Source: Candidatus Sumerlaeaceae bacterium
GTDB taxonomy: Bacteria; Sumerlaeota; Sumerlaeia; Sumerlaeales; Sumerlaeaceae
DNA: 64,000 nt
Reading direction: 5' to 3'
Assembly (NCBI GenBank): GCA_019695055.1
Contig: JAIBAT010000074.1
Span: forward strand, 1 to 64,000
Positions 29,354 through 38,730 of this stretch are shown here, piece after piece; the stretch's first letter is position 1, and each line of letters starts with the position of its first letter. The position numbers were made by a program, and so were the translations under genes. The notes beneath the pieces were generated by a model, which saw only the letters and a program-made list of their open reading frames with translations, was not told where the DNA came from and made no database searches.

Positions 29354-30349
29354 GTGCACGAGTCGGAAGTCCCTTCGGTTTCAATAGTGGTCCTGACCCT
29401 GAACGGGTCGGATGTCATTCGCGACTGTCTGCGCTCCACTTTCCAGAACGATTACCCGGATTTTGAGGTCATTGTCGTCAACAATGGCTCCACGGATAGC
29501 GTGGAGGAGATCGTGGCGACGGAGTTTCCCGAGGTGCGCATCGTCAGCAATTGCGAGAACCTTGGCTATGCGGGGGGCATCAACGAGGGTATCAAGATCG
29601 CCCGCGGCGACATCATCATTCCGCTGAACGACGATACGATACTGACACCGACGGTGATCAGCGAAATGGTCCAGCCATTCCTTTCGCGGCGAAAAGTTGG
29701 GATCGTCGGGTGCAAGATCCTCTACCCCGACAAAAAGACCATCCAGCACGCCGGCGGCGCGATCCGGCAGAACGGCTCCACGTTTCACTTCGGTTACGGG
29801 GAAGTGGACGATGGGCGCTTCGACAAAATGGACGACGTGGACTATGTCACCGGCTGCATGATCGCCCTGCGGCGCGAGGTGTTCGAGGAACTGGGCCTCT
29901 ACGACGACCGGTATTTTCCCACGTACTACGAGGAGGTGGAGTATTGCGTGCGGGCGCGCAAGGCGGGCTGGCGCGTGATCTATGCGCCGCGGGCCGTGCT
30001 TTACCACCTTGAGTCGAAAACCGAGGTGGCCTTCAGCCCGAAGTTTCTGTTCCGGTTTCACCGGTCGCGGCTGCGGTTTGTGTTGAAGAATTTCAGTTTC
30101 TATGAAATCCTGCGCGCGGTGAAATGGGAGCTGAAGTACATCCTCGGCGGGCAATCTCGCGACGACCGTCGCGCGCTCTTTCGCGCCTACGGCTATGTGC
30201 TCCTGCGCCTGCCGTGGATCCTGTATGATCGCGGGCATCGCTTCCTGCCGATGCCGCCGAGGCCGGAGCGGGCAACCCGGGCCGACGCCAATTCCGTTTT
30301 TGAGCAGGACCAATCCCCCGACCGGAGCCCCACGCATGCTGGAGCATGA
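29354..30349 (+). CDS. glycosyltransferase family 2 (WbbL-like C-terminal extension)
   Basis: SIVVLTLNGSDV...VVNNGSTD...NLGYAGGINEGI...LNDDT DxD GT-A motifs; paralog of 31719-32651. Confidence 0.8.
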   Translation: MHESEVPSVSIVVLTLNGSDVIRDCLRSTFQNDYPDFEVIVVNNGSTDSVEEIVATEFPEVRIVSNCENLGYAGGINEGIKIARGDIIIPLNDDTILTPTVISEMVQPFLSRRKVGIVGCKILYPDKKTIQHAGGAIRQNGSTFHFGYGEVDDGRFDKMDDVDYVTGCMIALRREVFEELGLYDDRYFPTYYEEVEYCVRARKAGWRVIYAPRAVLYHLESKTEVAFSPKFLFRFHRSRLRFVLKNFSFYEILRAVKWELKYILGGQSRDDRRALFRAYGYVLLRLPWILYDRGHRFLPMPPRPERATRADANSVFEQDQSPDRSPTHAGA

Positions 30350-31397
30350 TGTCAAACAGTTCAGTTCCGACAAGATCCTGAAGCACCTGGACCGCGTCAA
30401 TGAGTGGCTCGCGGGCGGGAACCCGTTTCCCATCACCGTGGAAATGGACATGACCAACGTCTGCAGCCACAAGTGCCCCGAGTGCGTGGTGAACTACTTT
30501 CGCGAGGATAACGCCGACCGCCTGCCGCGGGCCCTGGCGGAGCGCATCATCACGGAGCTGGCCGAGGGCGGCGTGCGCGGGCTCATCTTCACGGGCGGGG
30601 GCGACCCGCTGTGCCACCGGGACACGCCGGACATGATGGCGCTGGCGGCGAGCAAGGGGATCGACGTGGCGCTCATTACGAACGGGTCGCTGCTGACGGA
30701 GCCCATCATGGAGGTGGCGCTTCGCCACTGCATGTGGATCCGCGTTTCGCTGGATTGCATCACGCCGGCAACCTTCAAACTTATGCATGGACTGCCCGAA
30801 GAGGATTTTCGGAAGGTTATTGCGAATATCAAAACCCTCGCCGCCATGAAGCGCCACCTCGGCAGCCGCGCCACGGTGGGGGTCGGCTTCCTGACCTGCG
30901 CCGCCACGGAGAACGAGATGGTCGAGGCCGCACGCCAGGCAAAGGATTGGGGCGTGGATTACCTGCAATATCGGCCGCTCCAGATCCACCGCGGTGGGAA
31001 GTTCGAGTACGACTGGTTCGAGGTCGAGGACCTCATCAACCAGGCCGTCCAGTATTCCGGCGACGGCTATGAGGTGCTCTACTCCAAGCACAAGTATGAA
31101 TCCATCAAGCGCCAGGACTACGGCCGCGACTACCCGGAGTGCCTCGGCCACCAGTTTGCCTCCACGATTGCCGCGGACGGCAAGGTCTATATCTGTTGCC
31201 ACACGCGCGGGTATGAGAAGTATTGCCTTGGGAACCTCCACGAGCACAGCTTTCACGAAATCTGGAACGGCGAGGAGCGCCGCAAGGCCATCGGCCGGAT
31301 TGATTTTAAGGATTGCATTCCTCTCTGCCGGGACAACACCTTTAACCAGATTTTGTGGAAAATCAAGCAGCCGCGCGAACACGAGAACTTTCTGTAG
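30336..31397 (+). CDS. radical SAM enzyme with C-terminal SPASM/twitch-like auxiliary-cluster domain
   Basis: CSHKCPEC (CxxxCxxC), GGGDP glycine motif, C-terminal Cys pattern C..x..GKVYICC..x..YC..GNL..IW..x..DCIPLC; start overlaps the upstream GT2 stop by 14 nt. Confidence 0.75.
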   Translation: MLEHDVKQFSSDKILKHLDRVNEWLAGGNPFPITVEMDMTNVCSHKCPECVVNYFREDNADRLPRALAERIITELAEGGVRGLIFTGGGDPLCHRDTPDMMALAASKGIDVALITNGSLLTEPIMEVALRHCMWIRVSLDCITPATFKLMHGLPEEDFRKVIANIKTLAAMKRHLGSRATVGVGFLTCAATENEMVEAARQAKDWGVDYLQYRPLQIHRGGKFEYDWFEVEDLINQAVQYSGDGYEVLYSKHKYESIKRQDYGRDYPECLGHQFASTIAADGKVYICCHTRGYEKYCLGNLHEHSFHEIWNGEERRKAIGRIDFKDCIPLCRDNTFNQILWKIKQPREHENFL

Positions 31398-31435
31398 GGT
31401 GGCGGCTCCAAAAGCTTCCGAAGGAGGAGCAGTCG

Positions 31436-31663
31436 GTGAAAGCGAGTGATAAGATCAAGGGTGCAAGATTCGCCGCGCTGCAAAAAAAGATCAAGGCAGA
31501 CGAGCGCAAGTGCTTCGCCATCTGCTGCCGCGATTCAGAAACGGGAGCATACCACAGGTGCGCTTTCGAGACATTTCCGACACCGGAACTGGCAAGGGCG
31601 GAAATCAAACGGCGCGGCCTTAAGGGTGAAATCGCCGTATGGGGCGAGTGGGGTCCCGAGTAG
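31436..31663 (+). CDS. small Lys-rich, 4-Cys hypothetical protein (candidate rSAM substrate or partner)
   Basis: 75 codons; AAGGAGG Shine-Dalgarno 8 nt before GTG 31436; G/C-rich third positions; CFAICC...YHRC; 38 nt after the rSAM stop. Confidence 0.3.
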   Translation: MKASDKIKGARFAALQKKIKADERKCFAICCRDSETGAYHRCAFETFPTPELARAEIKRRGLKGEIAVWGEWGPE

Positions 31664-31718
31664 GTGGCGCTTCGCGGCGATCCCTCCGAAACCGCTTGAA
31701 TCGCCGGGGTAACGGCCA

Positions 31719-32651
31719 ATGATGGCCTCCGGTATGGAACAACCAGCGCACCCCCTCGCCTCGGTCGTCGTCATTACGCTGAATGGCTCCGACGTCATCC
31801 GGAACTGCCTCGATTCGTTGTTGCCCAGCGATTATCCGAATTTTGAGGTGCTGCTGGTTAATAACGGGTCCACAGACGGCGTCGAGCAGATCGTAAGGAC
31901 GGAGTATCCGTCCGTGCGCATTGTCAGCCTGGGGAAGAACCTGGGTTATGCGGGCGGTAACAACGAGGGCATCAAGGCGTCGCGGGGCGAAATCGTTGTG
32001 CTGCTAAATGATGACACGGTCTTGCAGCCGACAGCGCTGGGCGAGGTGGTGCGGCCCTTTGTTGAGAATCCCCAAGTGGGCATCGTGGGGTGCAAAATCC
32101 TTTACCCCGACGGAAAGACCATCCAGCACGCGGGCGCGCGCATCCTGAGCAATGGCGCCAGCGAGCACATCGGCAACCACGAGGAGGACCGCGGCCAGTA
32201 CGACGAGCCACGCGACGTGGACTATGTCATCGGCTGCATGATGGGCATCCGTCGCGCGGTTTTCCATGATATTGGTTTGTTCGACGACCGCTACTTTCCG
32301 ATCTATTTTGACGAACAGGAATTTGCTGTCCGGGCACGCCGCAAGGGATGGCGCGTCGTCTATAATCCGAAGGCTGTGCTCTGCCACATCGAGGCCAAGA
32401 CCCAGGCCATGAACAGCGAGCGTTACCTGTTCCGCTACCATCGGTCGCGATTGCGCTACGTCCTGAAGAATTTTCCCGCCCGTGCGCTCTGGGGTTTTCT
32501 CCGCGGTGAGTGGCACAACATCGCGCATACGCCGGACGCGGTCAACCGGCGGGTGCATTTGAAGGCCTGGGGTTACACGCTGCCGCGGTTGCCGATGATA
32601 CTTATTGATCGGAAGTGGCGGTTTTTGAAGTTGCCTGCGTCGCACACGTAA
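31719..32651 (+). CDS. glycosyltransferase family 2 (paralog of 29354-30349)
   Basis: SVVVITLNGSDV...LVNNGSTD...NLGYAGGNNEGI...LNDDT; same C-terminal extension. Confidence 0.8.
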   Translation: MMASGMEQPAHPLASVVVITLNGSDVIRNCLDSLLPSDYPNFEVLLVNNGSTDGVEQIVRTEYPSVRIVSLGKNLGYAGGNNEGIKASRGEIVVLLNDDTVLQPTALGEVVRPFVENPQVGIVGCKILYPDGKTIQHAGARILSNGASEHIGNHEEDRGQYDEPRDVDYVIGCMMGIRRAVFHDIGLFDDRYFPIYFDEQEFAVRARRKGWRVVYNPKAVLCHIEAKTQAMNSERYLFRYHRSRLRYVLKNFPARALWGFLRGEWHNIAHTPDAVNRRVHLKAWGYTLPRLPMILIDRKWRFLKLPASHT

Positions 32652-32713
32652 TTTAATTCACAAAACTCCATTGGGACTTTACTGCTTGAAGATCGACTCA
32701 ATCGTGATGTTGA

Positions 32714-32929
32714 TTGGCGGAAGGTGAAGGAGGGCTGCGCATGGCAACAGTAATGAAGAAAGAGGACGCACACCGGATTGTCGACAATTTGCCAGCGGAT
32801 GCGACCTGGGATGATTTGATGCATCAGATTTATGTCCGGGAAGCTGTTGAGCGGGGGTTGTCCGACAGCCGCGAAGACCGCGCCAGTGAAGTTGCGGAGG
32901 TGCGGGCAAAGTACGGACTTGAGAAGTGA
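32714..32929 (+). CDS. putative ParD-like/addiction-module antitoxin component
   Basis: 71 aa; ...LPADATWDDLMHQIYVREAVERGL; stop overlaps the ParE-like start. Confidence 0.5.
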   Translation: MAEGEGGLRMATVMKKEDAHRIVDNLPADATWDDLMHQIYVREAVERGLSDSREDRASEVAEVRAKYGLEK

Positions 32930-33222
32930 GAGTACGGTGGACTGAAACAGCCCAGGCCCACCTTGCCAGCATTCATTCCTACGTTGCGCTGGATTCTCCT
33001 GCTTATGCAATTCGACTAGTTGACTGCCTGACACGCAGGTCACAGCAAATCGCAAGTTATCCGCACTCGGGACGCCGGGTCCCCGAATACGACATGGAGA
33101 TGATCCGCGAAGTCATCGAAGGGTCGTACAGAATCATTTACTTAATTGGGGCGGATCGAATTGATGTCCTTGCCGTAATTCACGGTGCACAGGAATTGGA
33201 TTCGGAGTTGCCGAACAATTAA
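32926..33222 (+). CDS. ParE/RelE-family toxin
   Basis: 98 aa; WTETAQAHLASIHSYVA...YPHSGRRVPEY...REVIEGSYRIIYLIGADRIDVLAVIHGAQEL. Confidence 0.65.
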   Translation: MRVRWTETAQAHLASIHSYVALDSPAYAIRLVDCLTRRSQQIASYPHSGRRVPEYDMEMIREVIEGSYRIIYLIGADRIDVLAVIHGAQELDSELPNN

Positions 33223-33266
33223 GGCCAGTATGCATCACACCGCCGAGTGCCGTTTTGCCGATGAGG

Positions 33267-34016
33267 CTATTCGAAGATTAAAGACCCAATATTTGATGGG
33301 TCGCCGAGATCCAGATAACTCCCCGACTCGAAGAAGTTTGCGCGCACCTTCAGCCCGGCTGTGATTGCTTCGTTGAAGAGCAGGCCGATGGACAGGCTTT
33401 TCATCTCGGGCCGGGCCGCCAGCGTTTCGTGCACAAACTTGCTGAACCGCGGCGACCACGCCGCAATGCCCCAGATGCCGCGCAGATCCGTCCTTGCGGG
33501 CTTGTCGATGACCTCGATCACCTGCCCGGCCGCGTCGTGGCGCACGGGTCCAAATCGCTCGGGGGTGTCCGTCGGGAAAACCCCCAACTGAACGTCGGAA
33601 TCCAACTGGCTGCAGCTTTCGCACACCTGCTTGAACGCGTCGCCCGGATTAATGATCGTGTCGGGCAGGGCCAGGCATACATGGTTATCCTTTGTCCACT
33701 CGTAGCAGCGATCCACGGCGTCTGCCAGCCCCTCGGCGCTCTCCTGGTGGATGTAGCACAGGTCCATGCCGTGGCGCGCGCCGTTCCCAAGGCAGCGCAT
33801 GATCTCGACCTTGCGGTCGGAAATCACAACAATCGCCTTCTTCACGGTTGCGGCTTTCAACGCCTCGATGGAAAACTCGATGGCCAGTCGTGGATGCGCG
33901 CCCTTGTCCTCCCCCTTCACCCGGAACGCGATGGGCATCAGTTCCTTCGGATAGGAAAAAGGCGCGAGGCGCGAGCCCATCCCCGCCGCGGGCAACAGAC
34001 CTATAAATTCCGGCAT
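33267..34016 (-). CDS. sugar-phosphate nucleotidyltransferase (NTP_transferase fold)
   Basis: N-terminal GLLPAAGMGSRLAPFSYPKELMPI (G-x-G-x-R-L motif). Confidence 0.6.
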   Translation of the reverse strand: MPEFIGLLPAAGMGSRLAPFSYPKELMPIAFRVKGEDKGAHPRLAIEFSIEALKAATVKKAIVVISDRKVEIMRCLGNGARHGMDLCYIHQESAEGLADAVDRCYEWTKDNHVCLALPDTIINPGDAFKQVCESCSQLDSDVQLGVFPTDTPERFGPVRHDAAGQVIEVIDKPARTDLRGIWGIAAWSPRFSKFVHETLAARPEMKSLSIGLLFNEAITAGLKVRANFFESGSYLDLGDPSNIGSLIFE

Positions 34017-34035
34017 GTGTGCACCTCGCTCATCC

Positions 34036-34834
34036 TCAAGCCTGCAACAGCACCCGCTCGATACCGCGGGCTTTTCCAGTTGTCGGATCCACCGTTACCA
34101 GCGCGCCCGAAAGTTTCACGTTCTTCTCCGCCACTTCGCCGCGTGTTGGCAAATTGTAGAGGAAGCGGTCCATCACTGATTCCAGTTTCATCCCGATAAC
34201 GCTGTCGAAGGCGCCTGTCATTCCTATGTCCGTAATATAGGCTGTTCCCTTGGGCAGCAGCCGCTCGTCCGCCGTCGGGACGTGGGTGTGCGTCCCAAAC
34301 ACGCAACTCACATCGCCATCCAGATACCATCCCATGGCCACCTTCTCGCTGGTCGCCTCGGCGTGGAAATCCACGAAGATGATCGGCGTTTCCTTTCGCA
34401 ATTCGTCCACAATCCCCCGCACTGCCCGAAACGGGCAATCAATGGGCGCCATCATAACGCGGCCCATCACATTCACCACCCCGACGCGAAACGGAGTGTT
34501 GGGAATCGAAAAAATGGCGGATCCCTTTCCCGGCACCACGGGGTCTGGAGGGAAATTTGCCGGCCTAATGACGCGAGGCTCATCTTTGATAAAATTGAAG
34601 ATGTCCTTGTTGTCCCATACGTGGTTGCCTGTGGTGATGGCATCCACGGTCGCCTTCAACATGTCGTCGGCAGTGGAGCGGGTGATGCCTTTGCCCGCCG
34701 CCGAGTTCTCGCCGTTGGCAATGATGAAGTGGATGTCGCGCTCCTTGCGCAGGTCTGGCAGGACGTGCTTCAGCGCGTCGCGACCGGGTCGGCCTACGGC
34801 GTCTCCCACGATGAGTATGCGCAGGTCACCGCTC
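34036..34834 (-). CDS. YmdB-family metallophosphoesterase (2',3'-cyclic-nucleotide 2'-phosphodiesterase)
   Basis: ILIVGDAVGRPGRDAL...IANGENSAAGKGIT...TTGNHVWD signature of the TIGR00282 family. Confidence 0.75.
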
Positions 34835-35334
34835 ATGGCGGCCACCATGGGGCAATTGAGAGTGAATTCGAAAAAGCATAGGGGCAGGAACACAATCCAG
34901 CGGGGTTATGCAAACGCTAAAACCGGGTATCTTTGGTGGCTGATGGGGGGTTTCTGAAAGTAGTCGTAATTGAAATACGGGCCGCAAACCACCGCCGGTA
35001 GATGGCATACTTCCAATAAAATCAGTGGTTAAGCTCCATATAGAAGACCGCCCAGCGCACTGGCACTGGGCGGCAAAGCTCGGTCGGGCCGTACGTCTTG
35101 CCACAGACCCTGATCATCTTGACCAGTCCTCTTGGGAGTTCGATCCTCCCGCGGTCCGGCCGCATTAATAAATACAGATTGCGTCCGGCCAAATTTCGAA
35201 TATTCGCACGAAATCCGCATCGCAAGCCCCCTTAATCGCAATGGCTCTTGAGTTGCCGCGACGGATGACTGCACAACCATGGAAACAGCAGGAAAACAAA
35301 CATCCTGCAAGTCGCGAAAACGGGGATCGTCTCG

Positions 35335-35889
35335 ATGAAAAATCTATTTATGGCCGGGAGCAACATCTACCTGAGGGCTGTCGAGCCTGCGGATGCCCCC
35401 ATCCTGGCAGCCTGCAACAATGACCCCGACGTGCGCATTTCGTTCTTCACCCACACCCCCACCAATGTCGCCACACAGGCGAAGCGTATTGAATCCTTTT
35501 ACCAGCCCGGCGCGGACTACATACCCTTTGTCATCTGTCTCAAGGATTCCGGGCAGGGGATTGGGGTCACCGCGTTGCACCGCGTCGACCTGGTCAGCCG
35601 CGCGGCCGTCTTCTCCGTCTGCATCAGCGACCCTGCCCACTGGGGCAAGGGTCATGGTGGCGAGGCCACCAGCCTTATGCTCAAGTATTCCTTCGAGATC
35701 CTCAACCTGCACCGGGTCCAGCTCCACGTCTGGGCCGGCAACTCCGCAGGCATAAAAGCCTATGAGAGGGCTGGCTTTGTCCGCGAGGGCCTTCTGCGCG
35801 AGGCCATGGTCCACAATGGCGAGTATTGCGACTTTCTCGTCATGGGAATCCTGGAAGCGGAGTGGCGCGCCGCCCACGCCGCGCGCTAA
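35335..35889 (+). CDS. GNAT family N-acetyltransferase (RimJ/RimL-like)
   Basis: HWGKGHGGEA acetyl-CoA motif; ~180 aa. Confidence 0.7.
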   Translation: MKNLFMAGSNIYLRAVEPADAPILAACNNDPDVRISFFTHTPTNVATQAKRIESFYQPGADYIPFVICLKDSGQGIGVTALHRVDLVSRAAVFSVCISDPAHWGKGHGGEATSLMLKYSFEILNLHRVQLHVWAGNSAGIKAYERAGFVREGLLREAMVHNGEYCDFLVMGILEAEWRAAHAAR

Positions 35890-37407
35890 TCAGTTGAACT
35901 GCGATTCCCGGGCCACCGTCTCCGCCGCCGACTGCGCCACGATGCCCTCCAGAAAGATATCCGCCACGTCAGGATCAAACTGCTGGCCGGACTTGTTCCG
36001 GATTTCCTCGATGGCTGCCTCGAAGGGAATCGCCTTTCGGTAGGGCCGGTTGCTGCGCATCGCGTCGAAGGAATCCACCACCGCCATGATGCGCGACCCC
36101 AGGGGAATGTCCGATCCCTTCAGTTTGTCGGGATAACCGGTGCCGTCAAAATTCTCGTGATGATGGCGCACCAACACCGCCACCTCGCTGAGCATGCCGT
36201 CTGAGTTCAGGATGTCGTAACCCCAGACCGGGTGCATGCGCATGATTTCCCATTCCTCGCGTGTTAGCGGGCCGGGCTTGTTCAGGATGCTATTCGGCAC
36301 GCGGATTTTGCCGATGTCGTGAAGCCGCATGGCAAAGCTGACGAGGTCCGCCTCCTTCTTTGGCAGGTTGAGGCCAGAGATGGTGCGATTCAGGTAAATC
36401 TGTGTGCGGCGCGAATGGTCGCCAGTGCTATTGTCCTTTGAGCGCAGCGCGTTCGCGAGGCTTGTAATGGCACCAATGGTCATGCGCTCGTAGTTCTCAT
36501 AGAGCCGTGCATTGGAATGTAACACGGACACCTCGGCGCACAGCAGCTCAAGCAGTTCCAGTTCCGACTCGGTGAACTGAGTCGCCGTGTTACCCCGGCT
36601 GATTTGCAGCGCGCCAAAGGAATCCTTGTCGCCGCGGATGGGGAGGAACACCGAGCGGTCAAACGCCGCAAAGTCGTCGTTGACCAGCCCCTCCTTCGTC
36701 GCGGCGCCCTTGCCATGAATCACCGGGTTGCCCGTTTGCATGACCCACGATAGGGCGTTTTGCAGGAGTTCCGCGTTTCCTCCTGCTTCGGAAAGCGCCG
36801 GGACGTGGTAAGTGATGGGTTTTCGGTTTACGCAAAGCGAGATGGAGCTCAACTCCGACCCGAACAGTTCATGCGTGAGCCGCAAAATCTCGAGTGTTGT
36901 CTGTGGAAATTCCTCGGGCATGGATTGCAACCGCAGAATCTCCGCGAGTTTTTTGAGCGCCGCCTGGTTGCGTCGGAACTCCGTGGCGCTGTCCTCGAGG
37001 CGCTGAGACAATTCGCTGTTTGTGGCGGCCAGTGCATCGCGCTCGCGCACGCGCTCAAGCGTCACCGTCAGCAAGTCCATGTCCAAGGGCTTGGTGATGT
37101 AATCGCGCGCACCCAGCTTCAGGCATTCAATCGCCGTCTGCACGCTGGCGTGGGCTGTCATCACCACGATGGAGGGCCGCCTTCCCGCCGCGTCAATCCG
37201 TCGCATCACCTCCACGCCGTTCATCAGCGGCATGTTAACATCCAGCAGGATCAGCGTATTGTCGGGAACGGAATCCAGCTTCTCCAGCAGTTCAATTCCC
37301 GACTCCATCGCTTCCGGGGCATAGCCCTGCTCCGACAGAATGTCGGACAATTGAAAGCCGACCAACGGATCATCATCCACAATCAAGAGCCTGCGCTCGT
37401 CACTCAT
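35890..37407 (-). CDS. response regulator with GAF-like middle domain and HD-GYP c-di-GMP phosphodiesterase domain
   Basis: REC (LLIVDDDP...LLDVNMPLMNG); HDIGKIRVP...HHENFDGTGYP HD-GYP motifs. Confidence 0.8.
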   Translation of the reverse strand: MSDERRLLIVDDDPLVGFQLSDILSEQGYAPEAMESGIELLEKLDSVPDNTLILLDVNMPLMNGVEVMRRIDAAGRRPSIVVMTAHASVQTAIECLKLGARDYITKPLDMDLLTVTLERVRERDALAATNSELSQRLEDSATEFRRNQAALKKLAEILRLQSMPEEFPQTTLEILRLTHELFGSELSSISLCVNRKPITYHVPALSEAGGNAELLQNALSWVMQTGNPVIHGKGAATKEGLVNDDFAAFDRSVFLPIRGDKDSFGALQISRGNTATQFTESELELLELLCAEVSVLHSNARLYENYERMTIGAITSLANALRSKDNSTGDHSRRTQIYLNRTISGLNLPKKEADLVSFAMRLHDIGKIRVPNSILNKPGPLTREEWEIMRMHPVWGYDILNSDGMLSEVAVLVRHHHENFDGTGYPDKLKGSDIPLGSRIMAVVDSFDAMRSNRPYRKAIPFEAAIEEIRNKSGQQFDPDVADIFLEGIVAQSAAETVARESQFN

Positions 37408-37449
37408 CGTCCTCGTCCTCAACAGGTACAGTTAATCAACAGCTACAAA

Positions 37450-38730
37450 TTACGGGGAACTTTTCACAGCCTGCTTTACGGGCTGGTCTTTCATTGAACC
37501 ACGGGCTTCATCGGATGCAAGCCGCAAAATCTGTTCGCGCCGGTTCTCCGGCCGCTCTCCCACCGGGATACTCAGCAGGAAATGGGCGCCCGGCTGAAGC
37601 CCCGGCAGGGCTGAGAGGCTTGCGCCAAAGGATTCCGCAAGTCCGCGGGCGATACTAAGGCCGATTCCCGTCGAACTGGAGCTTTTTTTCGTCGAGTAAA
37701 AGGGTTCAAATACCCGCTCGACCGCCTCGTCCGGGATTCCCGGGCCATTGTCCTCCACCAGGATCTCAATTTTCGGCGACTGGCGCGGCTCGGCGGCCGG
37801 GGCCAGCCTGCTGCGCAATGTCAGGTTGCCGCCTTCGGGCATGGCGTCGCGCGAATTCAGGATCAGGTTGATGAGCACCGTACGCAGCGCCGACTCCTGC
37901 AGCATGACCGATGGCAGATCCGCCTGCAAATCTGTGCGCACCGCGATATTGTGCGACTCCAGCAGATACTGAAGCAGAGTCAGCAGATCCGTGATCACCG
38001 TGTTCACGCTGCAGATCTGCTCGCTGACTTCCTCCCCGTGCGAGTAGCTGGAGAACCGCAGGATCTGTTCCTGCGACCGATCCACCTGCTGGCTGATGAT
38101 TTCGAGGTGCTTCATCATCTTGGAATCCAGCTCGACGTCGCGCCCTTTTTTCAGCAGGAAGTGGGCCGACACCTTGATACTGGAAAAGAGATTTTTCAGC
38201 TCGTGCGTCAGGCTCTGGGCCAGGTCCGCGCCGTAGCTCTTCGCCTGCAGACGGCTCAGGCGGTCGCGAAGCCCCTCGATCTTTGAATTGATCTGGGCCT
38301 CCTGCGTCTTCAGCCGAGTGTTCTCGCGCTCAAATCCCGCGGTTTCGCAGGCATGCTGGATGGACCGGATCAGCCAAGCCGGGTCAAAGGGCTTAAGCAT
38401 ATAGTTGTGGATCCGCAGTGTCGGCGCCACCACCTCCGGTGGCGGAGCCAGGGCGCCCAGCAAAATGATTTGAAGCAGCGGATTGGCCGCGGTGGATTCC
38501 TGCAACATGTCCAGGATCGCCCCCGACCGGCATTCCGGAAAATCCATGTCAAGCACGAGCACGTCGAAATGTACCAGCTTGATGAACTCCGGCGCCTTGT
38601 AGGGGTTGGCTGTCACTGAAACGCGGAACGAGGCCGTCTCAAGCAGGTCCTCAAGCGCATCCAGCAACTTCTGGTCGCGCAATACCAGCAGCACCGTGGG
38701 CTTTCGCGTCAACTGGGCAGTGTTCATCAT
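37450..38730 (-). CDS. hybrid sensor histidine kinase (N-terminal REC, HisKA, HATPase_c)
   Basis: SLTHELKNLFSSI H-box; DNGPGIPDEAVERVFEPFYSTK...GIGLSIARG G-boxes. Confidence 0.75.
   Translation of the reverse strand: MMNTAQLTRKPTVLLVLRDQKLLDALEDLLETASFRVSVTANPYKAPEFIKLVHFDVLVLDMDFPECRSGAILDMLQESTAANPLLQIILLGALAPPPEVVAPTLRIHNYMLKPFDPAWLIRSIQHACETAGFERENTRLKTQEAQINSKIEGLRDRLSRLQAKSYGADLAQSLTHELKNLFSSIKVSAHFLLKKGRDVELDSKMMKHLEIISQQVDRSQEQILRFSSYSHGEEVSEQICSVNTVITDLLTLLQYLLESHNIAVRTDLQADLPSVMLQESALRTVLINLILNSRDAMPEGGNLTLRSRLAPAAEPRQSPKIEILVEDNGPGIPDEAVERVFEPFYSTKKSSSSTGIGLSIARGLAESFGASLSALPGLQPGAHFLLSIPVGERPENRREQILRLASDEARGSMKDQPVKQAVKSSP

Noticed and set aside
31355-31435. ATG 31355 as the start of the small Cys ORF, overlapping the rSAM 3' end
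   Set aside because: GTG 31436 has an ideal Shine-Dalgarno (AAGGAGG, 8-nt spacer) and avoids a 43-nt out-of-frame overlap. The ORF itself is retained only at low confidence.
35040-35160. tRNA-like T-arm and acceptor fragment (GGGAG-TTCGATC-CTCCC-GCGGTCC-G) plus an upstream 8-bp hairpin in the ymdB/GNAT divergent region
   Set aside because: I could not assemble a D-arm, anticodon arm or a complementary 5' acceptor strand at tRNA spacing. The best 5' partner (agaccgc at 35045) gives 114 nt. It may be a 3' tRNA remnant (old att site) or chance. A tRNA or tmRNA scanner should be run before calling it.
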